DNA from: Azonexus sp.
Lineage (GTDB): Bacteria > Pseudomonadota > Gammaproteobacteria > Burkholderiales > Rhodocyclaceae
Assembly (NCBI GenBank): GCA_030691385.1
Contig: JAUYEI010000014.1
Span: 8,908-72,907 of the forward strand
Length of the DNA stretch: 64,000 nucleotides
Direction of reading: 5' to 3'
Positions 39,739-48,284 of the stretch are shown in pieces (the first letter of the stretch is position 1; each line of letters begins with the position of its first letter). A model generated the notes under the pieces. That model made no database searches. It worked only from the letters and a program-made list of their open reading frames with translations, and was not told the DNA's origin. A program made the position numbers and the translations under genes.

Positions 39739-41628
39739 TCATGCCGGACGAATCGTTCCCAGGTTAAGCTTGACGCCCTTCTTCATCTTGCCGACGACGT
39801 GCATTTCGCAGGCTTTGCAGTCGAACTTGAGGATCAGTTTTTCGTTGCCGTTGATCAGCGTCATCGGGTCCGGTTTGAGGTGTTTCACCTCTTTCGGGCA
39901 CAGGTTGAAGCTGTAGCGCAGGCAGTGGCGCGTGATCATCAGCGAGACCATGCCCTTTTCATTGCCGGCCTCGTAGGCTTCCTCGATCAGCTTGACGCCG
40001 TGTTTCTCGTAGAACTGGCGGGCCTTGGTGTTGAAGACGTTGCCGAGGTAGCTCAGTTCTTCCTGCGGGTAGGGCACCGGGTTGGCGGCCGGGGTGGCGC
40101 GCGGCGGGCGCGGGTGGCTGGCCAGGCGGGCGGCTTCGAGCTGTTCGGTGGCTTCGCGACGCAGGGCGTTGATGGCGCTGACGGGCAGGAACCATGGCTG
40201 GCTGAGCTTGAGTTCAACCGGCTCGGCGACGAACATCGTGTTGCCGAATTTGCCGAGGTTTTCCTTGAGCTTGGCCATCGCTGGTTCAGGGTTCTGGGCC
40301 AGTTGCCATTCTGATTTTGGCCCATTTTTCCGGTTGACCGTGGCAGTCACGCCATCTTCGTCGGTCAGGGTCAGCGCGAAGCCGTCTTCGGTTTCGACCA
40401 GCACCGGTTTCACCGAAATGCGGCGGTCGGCCGATTCCTTTTCCAGAGAACGCTCGAATTCCTGGTCGCGGTTGCGGAAGAGGGTGGCGCCGGCGGTCAG
40501 TTCTTCCGGCATTTCGGCCGGGAACAGGGTCTTGCCATCGGCGCGGTTGATGCGCATGCCGACGACTTCACCGTGGCCGTCGTAGAAACAGACACCGTCG
40601 CCGTTGTTGAAGGGTTTTTCAGCATTGACCGTGAAAGAACCGTCGCCGATGTCGACGACTTCACCGATCAGCTCGCCGACGAAACTGGGCGAATCGAAGG
40701 CGCCGATGTCGTCCTGACGGTCGTTGGCGAAATAATCGGTGTAGCCGCGGTTGAACGTCTTGTCCGGCTGCGGCGTGAAGGTCCAGGTGCTGCGACCGCT
40801 TGAGGCGCGGGTGAATTCGGGATTGTTGGCGATGATCTCGTCGAGCAGGCCGCGGTAGTGCGCGGTGATGTTCTTGACGTAGCTGAGGTCCTTGAGCCGT
40901 CCCTCGATCTTGAAGGAGCAGACGCCGGCGCGGGCCAGGTCGAGCATGTTGGCGGTCTGGTTGTTGTCCTTCATCGAGAGCAGATGCTGGTTCTCGGTGA
41001 TCGTCTTGCCCTTGTCGTCGACCAGCGTGTAAGGCAGGCGGCAGGCCTGCGAACACTCGCCGCGATTGGCGCTGCGGCCGGTGTGGGCCTGGCTGATGTA
41101 ACACTGGCCGCTGAACGCGACGCACAGCGCACCGTGAACAAAATATTCCAATGAAACATTGGCTTGCGAAGCAATATTGATAATTTCGTTTAAGCTGCAT
41201 TCGCGCGCCAGAACGACTTGTGAGAAGCCGACGTCTTCGAGAAACTTGACCTTGTCGGCGTTGCGATTGTCGGTCTGCGTGCTGGCGTGGAGCTGGATCG
41301 GCGGCAGGTCGAGTTCGAGCAGGCCCATGTCCTGGATGATCAGCGCATCGGCCCCGGCTTCGTAAAGTTGCCAGGCGAGCTGGCGGCTGTCTTCAAGCTC
41401 GTCGTCGCGCAGGATGGTGTTGAGCGCGACGAAGACCTTGGCCCGGTAGCGGTGGGCAAAATCGCAGAGCCGTTTGATTTCGGCGACATCGTTGCCGGCG
41501 CCGTAACGGGCACCGAAAGCCGGGCCGCCGATGTAGACGGCGTCGGCCCCGTGCTTGATGGCTTCGATGCCGAAATCGGCGTTCTTGGCCGGGGCGAGGA
41601 GTTCGAGCGGGTGTTGAATTCGAGTCAT
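39739..41628 (-). CDS. rlhA: U32 family protein with DUF3656 (23S rRNA 5-hydroxycytidine synthase RlhA-like)
   Basis: ELLAPA, GADAVYIGG, HASTQ, EYFVHGALC...SGQC, SANRGECSQACR, KIEGRLK, ITRHCLR. Confidence 0.82.
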   Translation of the reverse strand: MTRIQHPLELLAPAKNADFGIEAIKHGADAVYIGGPAFGARYGAGNDVAEIKRLCDFAHRYRAKVFVALNTILRDDELEDSRQLAWQLYEAGADALIIQDMGLLELDLPPIQLHASTQTDNRNADKVKFLEDVGFSQVVLARECSLNEIINIASQANVSLEYFVHGALCVAFSGQCYISQAHTGRSANRGECSQACRLPYTLVDDKGKTITENQHLLSMKDNNQTANMLDLARAGVCSFKIEGRLKDLSYVKNITAHYRGLLDEIIANNPEFTRASSGRSTWTFTPQPDKTFNRGYTDYFANDRQDDIGAFDSPSFVGELIGEVVDIGDGSFTVNAEKPFNNGDGVCFYDGHGEVVGMRINRADGKTLFPAEMPEELTAGATLFRNRDQEFERSLEKESADRRISVKPVLVETEDGFALTLTDEDGVTATVNRKNGPKSEWQLAQNPEPAMAKLKENLGKFGNTMFVAEPVELKLSQPWFLPVSAINALRREATEQLEAARLASHPRPPRATPAANPVPYPQEELSYLGNVFNTKARQFYEKHGVKLIEEAYEAGNEKGMVSLMITRHCLRYSFNLCPKEVKHLKPDPMTLINGNEKLILKFDCKACEMHVVGKMKKGVKLNLGTIRPA

Positions 41629-41634
41629 GGCGCC

Positions 41635-42456
41635 TTAGTACGTAAAACGCGGGGCAAGTTCGTCGAGATTGAACTCGCGCAGGATGGCTTCGGCCCGTTC
41701 GCGGGCATTTTTGCGCGGAGCGCCGCGCTTGCTGGCGATGATCAGCTCGTTCTTCATTGAATGTTCCCAGCCGACCAGCTCAGTCACGGTGACGTCATAG
41801 CCATGCGACTCCAACAGCAGGCAGCGCAGGACGTTGGTCAGGTGGCTGCCGAGTTCGCGGGTGTGGATCGGGTGTCGCCAAAGTTCGGACAGCGGTTTTT
41901 GCGACAGCGATTCGTTCTTCCGGGCCCGCATGGTGGCGGCTACTTCGGCCTGACAGCAAGGGACAAGGACGATATGGCGGGCGTTCTTGGTCAGGGCAAA
42001 ACGGATGGCGTCGTCGGTCGCCGTGTTGCAGGCGTGTAGCGCTGTCACGACATCGACGCTGGCCGGCAGCTCGGGTGCAGTCAGCGAGTCCTCGACCGTG
42101 CAGGCAAGGAAGCGCATACGCTCAAAGCCAAGCCGGGTGGCCAGTTCGCGGGATTTTTCGACAAGCTCCGGGCGTGTTTCGATGCCGATGATCGCGCCGG
42201 TGGCGCGATTCTTGATGCAGAGATCGTAGAGGATGAAACCGAGATAGGACTTGCCGGCCCCATGGTCGACCAGGGTCTCGGCGCCATCCAGCAGCGGTTC
42301 GATGAACTGGTAGAGGTGATAGACCTGTTTGAGCTTGCGCCGCGTGTCCTGATTGAGCTTGCCGTCTCGGGTCAGGATGTGGAGTTCCTTGAGCAGTTCG
42401 ATGGACTGCCCGGGACGGATTTCAGGGATATCGGCGGTGGTATTGAGCTTCTTCAT
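41635..42456 (-). CDS. Class I SAM-dependent methyltransferase (Methyltransf_32-like)
   Basis: VDHGAGKSYLGF, ALHACNTATDD, VPCCQ. Confidence 0.85.
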   Translation of the reverse strand: MKKLNTTADIPEIRPGQSIELLKELHILTRDGKLNQDTRRKLKQVYHLYQFIEPLLDGAETLVDHGAGKSYLGFILYDLCIKNRATGAIIGIETRPELVEKSRELATRLGFERMRFLACTVEDSLTAPELPASVDVVTALHACNTATDDAIRFALTKNARHIVLVPCCQAEVAATMRARKNESLSQKPLSELWRHPIHTRELGSHLTNVLRCLLLESHGYDVTVTELVGWEHSMKNELIIASKRGAPRKNARERAEAILREFNLDELAPRFTY

Positions 42457-42566
42457 GGGGCGACATTATCGCATTCAAACTTCTGTCACTTTCGTGTCAA
42501 CCGAATCAAAGTCGAGTCGTTATACGACACATGGTGATCAAACACCGCATACCTACGGAGATATAA

Positions 42567-42845
42567 ATGGGCAGTCTGAGCAACGAATCCTTCGATCAAT
42601 TCCTGGATTCCCTGAAGAAAGCCGGTATTACCATTTCCAACGAAGCCGAACTGCGCGAGCGGCTGGCTGAAGCCCAACGCTGGCGTTTCGCCTTCCAGAC
42701 TCTGGCAGCCAACGGCAAGGTTATCGGCATCAATTTTGAAGATCATTCCGAAGGTCGCAATGAAGCTGAAATCAGCCGCGCTTTCAACGAATTCCAGTTT
42801 TCCGAAAAGACCAAGGCGGTTTTCTCCGCCAGCCTCAAGCACTAA
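42567..42845 (+). CDS. Hypothetical 92-aa protein
   Basis: Clean ATG ORF with GGAG RBS filling an intergenic gap and followed by a hairpin. No recognised motif. Confidence 0.65.
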   Translation: MGSLSNESFDQFLDSLKKAGITISNEAELRERLAEAQRWRFAFQTLAANGKVIGINFEDHSEGRNEAEISRAFNEFQFSEKTKAVFSASLKH

Positions 42846-42883
42846 GACTTCAAGTTTCATCCTTCCGCATTGGCGGGGGGAAG

Positions 42884-42916
42884 AAGAAAAAACGGGCGCC
42901 GAGTGGCGCCCGTTTT
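42884..42916. terminator. Terminator hairpin downstream of the 92-aa ORF
   Basis: AAAACGGGCGCC-gagt-GGCGCCCGTTTT. Confidence 0.7.
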
Positions 42917-42943
42917 GCGTTGACTGCGACGGTCAACCGGAAA

Positions 42944-42973
42944 AAATGGCCGAAATCGAAATTTCGGCCATTT
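42944..42973 (-). terminator. Terminator hairpin downstream of ettA
   Basis: AAATGGCCGAAAT-cgaa-ATTTCGGCCATTT with an A-run on the left. Confidence 0.75.
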
Positions 42974-42979
42974 GCTTTT

Positions 42980-44644
42980 TTAGCGCGTAATCGGCTTGTA
43001 GCGAATCCGCTTGGGCTTGGCACCTTCTTCGCCCAGACGCTTGCGCTTGTCTTCCTCGTATTCCTGGAAATTGCCTTCGAAGAAATTCCACTGCGAATCG
43101 CCTTCGGCCGCGAGGATGTGCGTACAAATGCGGTCGAGGAACCAGCGATCATGCGAGATGACCATCGCGCAGCCGGGGAATTCGAGCAGGGCGTCTTCCA
43201 GCGCGCGCAGCGTTTCGACGTCGAGGTCGTTCGACGGTTCGTCGAGCAGCAGCACGTTGCCGCCCGTCATCAGCGTCTTGGCCAGGTGCAGGCGACCGCG
43301 TTCGCCGCCGGACAGATTGCCGACCTGCTTGCCCTGGTCGGCGCCCTTGAAGTTGAAGCGGCCGATGTAGGCGCGTGACGGCATTTCAAACTTGCCGATC
43401 TGCAGGATGTCGCTGCCTTGGGCGAGTTCCTCGAATACTGTCTTCGAGCCATCCAGGCAGTCACGCGATTGGTCCACATAGGCCATCTTGACCGTCGGGC
43501 CGATGTCGACCGTGCCGGAGTCGGGCTGTTGCTGGCCGGTGATCATCTTGAACAGGGTCGATTTACCGGCACCGTTCGGGCCGATGATGCCGACGATGGC
43601 GCCGGCCGGGATGGTGAAGCTGACGTTGTCCATGAGCAGCTTGTCGCCGAAGGACTTGGTGACGCCGTTGAATTCGATGACCTTGCCGCCCAGACGGTCG
43701 CCGACCGGGATGAAGATTTCCTGGGTCTCGTTGCGTTTCTGGTATTCCTGGCTCGACAACTCTTCAAAACGGGCGATGCGGGACTTCGATTTGGCCTGGC
43801 GCGCCTTGGGGTTTGAACGCACCCATTCCAGTTCCTGCTTCATCGCCTTCATGTGGGCGTCGATCTGCTTGTTTTCCGTTTCCAGGCGGGCTTCCTTCTG
43901 CTCCAGCCAGCTAGAGTAGTTGCCCTTGTACGGAATGCCGTGGCCGCGGTCGAGTTCGAGAATCCATTCGGCAGCGTTGTCGAGGAAATAGCGGTCGTGG
44001 GTGACGGCGACGACGGTGCCGGGGAAGCGGACGAGGAATTGTTCGAGCCATTCGACCGATTCGGCGTCGAGGTGATTGGTCGGTTCGTCGAGCAAAAGCA
44101 TGTCCGGCTTGGCGAGCAGCAGCTTGCACAGCGCGACGCGACGCTTCTCGCCGCCGGACAGGTTGCCGATCACGGCCTCCCAGGGCGGCAGGCGCAGGGC
44201 GTCAGCGGCCAGTTCCATCTGTGCTTCGGTGTCGGAGCCGGCGGTGGAAATGATCGCTTCGAGGCGGGCCTGTTCTTCGGCCAGCTTGTCGAAATCAGCT
44301 TCCGGGTCGGCGTAGGCGGCATAGACCTCATCGAGCTTGGCCTGGGCCTGCATCACTTCGCCGAGCGCCGATTCGACTTCCTCGCGCACCGTCTTGGCGG
44401 CATCGAGCTGCGGCTCCTGCGGCAGGTAGCCGATGGAAACGCCGGCCAGGTGTTGCACTTCGCCGTCGTATTCCTTGTCCACGCCGGCCATGATCTTGAG
44501 CACGGTCGATTTGCCCGAGCCGTTCAGGCCGAGCAGGCCGATCTTGGCGCCGGGGAAGAAAGAGAGGGAAATATCCTTGATGATCTGCCGCTTGGGCGGA
44601 ACGATCTTGCTCACGCGGAGCATGGACATGACGTATTGAGCCAT
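42980..44644 (-). CDS. ettA: Energy-dependent translational throttle protein EttA (ABC-F)
   Basis: MAQYVMSM, ISLSFFPGAKIG.LGLNGSGKST, two ABC domains, WVRSNPKARQAKSK linker. Confidence 0.95.
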   Translation of the reverse strand: MAQYVMSMLRVSKIVPPKRQIIKDISLSFFPGAKIGLLGLNGSGKSTVLKIMAGVDKEYDGEVQHLAGVSIGYLPQEPQLDAAKTVREEVESALGEVMQAQAKLDEVYAAYADPEADFDKLAEEQARLEAIISTAGSDTEAQMELAADALRLPPWEAVIGNLSGGEKRRVALCKLLLAKPDMLLLDEPTNHLDAESVEWLEQFLVRFPGTVVAVTHDRYFLDNAAEWILELDRGHGIPYKGNYSSWLEQKEARLETENKQIDAHMKAMKQELEWVRSNPKARQAKSKSRIARFEELSSQEYQKRNETQEIFIPVGDRLGGKVIEFNGVTKSFGDKLLMDNVSFTIPAGAIVGIIGPNGAGKSTLFKMITGQQQPDSGTVDIGPTVKMAYVDQSRDCLDGSKTVFEELAQGSDILQIGKFEMPSRAYIGRFNFKGADQGKQVGNLSGGERGRLHLAKTLMTGGNVLLLDEPSNDLDVETLRALEDALLEFPGCAMVISHDRWFLDRICTHILAAEGDSQWNFFEGNFQEYEEDKRKRLGEEGAKPKRIRYKPITR

Positions 44645-44762
44645 TGAACAACCTACCTGTCGTCGTAAAGATTAATGATGCGCGAGTCTACGAGGCTTCA
44701 ATGCAAATGACCAGCCTCCCGAAGCTCGGGTGCTGGTCATTTACGTTGAAGCGAAGGGAAAA

Positions 44763-45392
44763 CTAGAAGCTCAGACTGCCGAGCGGACGGTGCAGCAGCA
44801 CCGCCGGCGCATCCACCCGGGGGCAGGTGCGAACGGTACCAATCTGCGAAAACCCGAATTCCCGGCGGTAGTAGGCCGCATGACGCGGATTGACTTCGAT
44901 GACCGCATCGGTCACGCCAAAAACTGCCCGGGCGTATTGATAACTTGAGCGGAAAAGTGATTTCAGCAATTCGGGATCATGGGCATCGACATCCACCGCC
45001 AGCCTTGTTACTTCGCAGAGAACGCGGGACGGCTGGCGCAGCCCGGCCAGTTCCTCGGCGTAGAGATTGTCGGCGAGCAGGCCGGCGCTGGAATCGCGCG
45101 AAGCGGTCAGCGTCGCCACCAGTTCGCCCTCCAGCCAGGCGCCCAGCGTCGCGTGATTCGGATCTTCGATCAGTTGTCGCGGTGGCGAAATCCGGTAGCC
45201 GCGCCAGGCGTACATGCGGCGAACCAGGGCGCTGCAGGCACGGTGCTGGTGGTAGCTCACGGCTGGGGCAACCACCAGTTCCGGTTGCTCAAAACCCCTG
45301 CTGGAGCCGAGCGAACCCGGCCGCAAGGCAGCTAGCATTAAGCCGGGCCGGAGCGTCGAACTTGAGGGTATGACGTTTTGCATAGTCTGCAT
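44763..45392 (-). CDS. FeeM-type N-acyl amino acid synthase (GNAT-like)
   Basis: RRMYAWRGY, GLLADNLY, LCEVTRLAV, VIEVNPRHAAYY...GF, CPRVDAPAVLL match the FeeM/NAS catalytic domain as recalled. ATG at 45392 or 45383. Confidence 0.75.
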   Translation of the reverse strand: MQTMQNVIPSSSTLRPGLMLAALRPGSLGSSRGFEQPELVVAPAVSYHQHRACSALVRRMYAWRGYRISPPRQLIEDPNHATLGAWLEGELVATLTASRDSSAGLLADNLYAEELAGLRQPSRVLCEVTRLAVDVDAHDPELLKSLFRSSYQYARAVFGVTDAVIEVNPRHAAYYRREFGFSQIGTVRTCPRVDAPAVLLHRPLGSLSF

Positions 45393-45415
45393 TCTATGGC
45401 TTATGCAATTTGCAA

Positions 45416-45976
45416 TCAACCGGCTACGGCAACGGCGCTGAGTGTTTTTGCCGTTTCGTCGCGGAGGTGAAAGGGCGTCGATTTCTCGGCCGACAGGGCG
45501 TTGATGTCGCCGCACAATTCGCCGCCTTCATCGATGACCAGCTTGCCGTAGCGGATCTTGCCGTGCACCTTGCCGGTCGCGTGGATGATCAGTTGCGAGC
45601 GGGCAGTCAGTTCGCCTTCGAAGCAGCCGTGAATTTCGGCGATGTCGATGCTGACCTTGCCCGAGAACGAGCCATTGTCGGCGATGCGGATAACCCGGCT
45701 GTCCATGGTCGCTTCGACGCGCCCTTCGACGACCAGCGTGTCGCAATCGAGAATTTCGGCGCCCTTGAGTTTGACATCGGGGCCGACGATCAGGCGGGCG
45801 CCCATGACGTTTTCAGCCGGCGACTCGGTCTTTTCCGGCTGCGGGGCTGGTGTAGCTGCTGTGTTGCTTGGTGCAGCAGAGACGTTAAGGTTGCTGGCGG
45901 CACTGCCCAGAATATTATTGACCTCCTTGTGGGTGATGGCGTCATTGCGATTGGGGATGCTGGGTTTGTTGAACAC
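45416..45976 (-). CDS. Bactofilin (polymer-forming cytoskeletal protein)
   Basis: Disordered N-terminus, then LIVGPDVKLKG...LVVEGRVE...IHGCFEGEL...TGKVHGKIRYGKLVIDEGG beta-helix repeats. GTG start with GGGAG RBS. Confidence 0.88.
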   Translation of the reverse strand: MFNKPSIPNRNDAITHKEVNNILGSAASNLNVSAAPSNTAATPAPQPEKTESPAENVMGARLIVGPDVKLKGAEILDCDTLVVEGRVEATMDSRVIRIADNGSFSGKVSIDIAEIHGCFEGELTARSQLIIHATGKVHGKIRYGKLVIDEGGELCGDINALSAEKSTPFHLRDETAKTLSAVAVAG

Positions 45977-46024
45977 GTTGACTCCCGTCTTGAGGTTTCG
46001 ATGAATGGCGGACCGGAACTCCAG

Positions 46025-46040
46025 TGCGATAAGCGTGCCA
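46025..46040 (-). promoter_or_regulatory. sigma54 promoter of the bactofilin-FeeM operon
   Basis: Minus strand TGGCACGCTTATCGCA (GG-N10-GC). Confidence 0.78.
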
Positions 46041-46059
46041 TGTAATCAAGGTATCAGTT

Positions 46060-46072
46060 AATCAATGACTTA
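46060..46072 (+). promoter_or_regulatory. IHF binding site
   Basis: AATCAATGACTTA = WATCAANNNNTTR exactly, between the activator sites and the sigma54 core. A second exact match lies on the minus strand at 46205-46217. Confidence 0.7.
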
Positions 46073-46114
46073 CGATTTATTTTAAAAGTTGCTTCGTAAT
46101 TCACAGCCTCGATC

Positions 46115-46198
46115 CGTCGTGAAATTGCGACAGATATTTTTGGTTTTCCCGGCAAAGGCAGCTAATCTAGACCAGAAGCCTGTCGTGAAATTGCGACA
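46115..46198. promoter_or_regulatory. Two GlrR-type activator sites (TGTC-N10-GACA)
   Basis: CGTCGTGAAATTGCGACA (46115-46132) and TGTCGTGAAATTGCGACA (46181-46198): 17-bp direct repeat 66 bp apart. Confidence 0.72.
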
Positions 46199-46330
46199 TG
46201 TTTCTAATCAATTGATTTATAAGTTATAAATTGCTCACCATGGCGGCTGATAGCCTGGTTTCCCGGTGGCCTCCCAGCCGTACCCGCCCGCATGGCGGTT
46301 TAAACTTCAGTTTTAAGACACAGAGCGCCG

Positions 46331-47734
46331 ATGAATCGAATTTCCTTCCGCCAGGGGATGTTGCTTGGCTTTGCCCTGATTGTCCTGCTCCTTGGCGGCG
46401 CGGCGGTGCAAAGCTGGCTGGTTGTAGAGCGGCTGGTCGATCAGAGCCGGCGCAGCAGCGAGCTGGCCATTCAGTTGACGGCGTCGATCCAGGAACTTGG
46501 CGAACGCACCGTCGATATCGAACGCAGCGCGCGGCAGTATCTGGTGCTCGACAATCCGGTCTTCCGCCAGCGCTTCGACGAACACCTGAGCCAGTCGCTG
46601 GCCGTCGTCGATCGGCTCGACACGCTGGCCGCCGAGCCGCTCCAGCCCTTGCTTGGCGGTTGGCGCATGGTCGCCGAGGCGCTGCGCAGCGGCCTCGAAC
46701 AGAACATTCCCCAAGCCGAGATCATTCCCCTGCTGGCCCGCATGGCCGAGCTCGATGGCCTGTTGAAGCAGGCCGGGCAACGCTGGATTGAAGGGCAGAA
46801 TCGCAAGTCGCTGGAAGACCTCGAGACCAACCGCTTGCGCCTGGGCGGGCGCATTGCCCTGGCCCTCTGTGGCGCGCTGCTCGTCGCGCTGGCCATGGGC
46901 TGGTGGCTGGTTCGGCCGGTGCGCCACCTTGAGCAGGCGATCATCCGGCTCGGCGCCAGCCGTTTCGACGAAGCCATCACGGTCAGCGGCCCGGCCGACT
47001 TGCGCCAGCTCGGCAAGCGGCTGGACTGGTTGCGCCAGCGTCTGGCCGAGTTGGAGGCGGACCGTGAGCGGGCCTTGCGCCATGTCTCGCACGAATTGAA
47101 AACGCCGCTGACGGCACTCAAGGAAGGCGTCTCCTTGCTCCGCGAGGAAGTCCCCGGACCGCTGGCAGCAGGGCAGCGCGAGGTGGTTGATATCCTGCAG
47201 CACAACGTGATCAGCCTGCAGCAGCAAATCGAGAGCCTGCTGACGCTCAATGCCGCCGCCTTCGAGGCGCGTCGCCTGCAAATTGCCCCGACCCGGCTGC
47301 GCCGGCTGCTCAGCACGGTCGCCCAGCGCCGCGAACTGCACAGCCAGTCGCGGCAGTTGAAGATCGTCATCGAGTCCTCGCAGGAAACGGCCATGCTCGA
47401 CGCCGAGAAAATGACGGTCGTGCTCGACAATCTGTTGTCCAACGCCATCGATTTCAGCCCCGAGAACGGCGAAATCCGCCTCTCGGTCAGCCACATTGAA
47501 GGCCTCTGGCGCTTCGAGTGTGTCGATCAGGGGCCGGGCGTCGCCGAGGAAGACCGGCAACGCATCTTCGAGCCCTTTGTCCAGGGCCAGCGCTCGGCGC
47601 CGGCGCCGCGCCAGGGTAGCGGCGTCGGGCTTTCCATCGTGCGCGAGCTGGTGCGGGCGATGGGCGGCACGGTGTACCTCGTCCCGCAAGAAACGGGCGC
47701 CCATTTTTGTGTGGAAATACCTGATGAGCAGTAA
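46331..47734 (+). CDS. glrK: Sensor histidine kinase GlrK/QseE-like
   Basis: 2 TM + HAMP, LRHVSHELKTPL, NLLSNAIDFSP, DQGPG, GSGVGLSIV. Synteny with lipoprotein and sigma54 response regulator. Confidence 0.8.
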   Translation: MNRISFRQGMLLGFALIVLLLGGAAVQSWLVVERLVDQSRRSSELAIQLTASIQELGERTVDIERSARQYLVLDNPVFRQRFDEHLSQSLAVVDRLDTLAAEPLQPLLGGWRMVAEALRSGLEQNIPQAEIIPLLARMAELDGLLKQAGQRWIEGQNRKSLEDLETNRLRLGGRIALALCGALLVALAMGWWLVRPVRHLEQAIIRLGASRFDEAITVSGPADLRQLGKRLDWLRQRLAELEADRERALRHVSHELKTPLTALKEGVSLLREEVPGPLAAGQREVVDILQHNVISLQQQIESLLTLNAAAFEARRLQIAPTRLRRLLSTVAQRRELHSQSRQLKIVIESSQETAMLDAEKMTVVLDNLLSNAIDFSPENGEIRLSVSHIEGLWRFECVDQGPGVAEEDRQRIFEPFVQGQRSAPAPRQGSGVGLSIVRELVRAMGGTVYLVPQETGAHFCVEIPDEQ

Positions 47735-48284
47735 ATATCCGACGTTTTTCCGCCGCGTGGCGGTTTTCATTTTTGGCCTTTTTTTCGGGTTGACCGTAGC
47801 AGGCTGCGCTTCCGGCCCATTGGCCAGGAAACTGCACCTCGAAGACACCAGTCCGGAGGCTGCACTGGTCTATAACCAGAGCCTGTCGCGCCTGACGCCG
47901 GCCGAACTGGGCCGCGAACGCACGGTGCTCGTTGCCGTGCCGCAGACGCCCTTCACGCAGGTCAGGATGGCCTTGCTGCTCGGGCATCCGCGCGTCCAGC
48001 AGGATCTCGGCAAGGGGCTGGCGCTGCTCGAAGGCGTACTCAAATCGAGCGAACCGGCAGCGGCGCCTTTTCACCCGCTGGCCCGGCAACTCGCCGACAA
48101 CTACCAGGAACGCATGAAACTCGAAAACCAACTGGAAAAGCAGGGCCTGCTCTTGAGCCAGCAACTGAAGGACAGCCAGCGCAAGACGGCCGAACTGCAG
48201 GAAAAACTCGACAGTCTGGCCAACATCGAACAAACACTGATCCCGCGCCCGCGCGTTGTCAGCCCGGATGGAGGCAAGCGGTAA
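47724..48284 (+). CDS. QseG/YfhG-like outer-membrane lipoprotein
   Basis: Lipobox VAGC after a hydrophobic signal, helical/coiled-coil C-terminus (LQEKLDSLANIEQTL). Located between kinase and regulator. Confidence 0.72.
   Translation: MSSKYPTFFRRVAVFIFGLFFGLTVAGCASGPLARKLHLEDTSPEAALVYNQSLSRLTPAELGRERTVLVAVPQTPFTQVRMALLLGHPRVQQDLGKGLALLEGVLKSSEPAAAPFHPLARQLADNYQERMKLENQLEKQGLLLSQQLKDSQRKTAELQEKLDSLANIEQTLIPRPRVVSPDGGKR

Noticed and set aside
46220-46330. GlmY-like sRNA upstream of glrK
   Set aside because: No plus-strand sigma54 promoter with correct spacing and no recognisable GlmY sequence or terminator. The promoter found points to the bactofilin gene.
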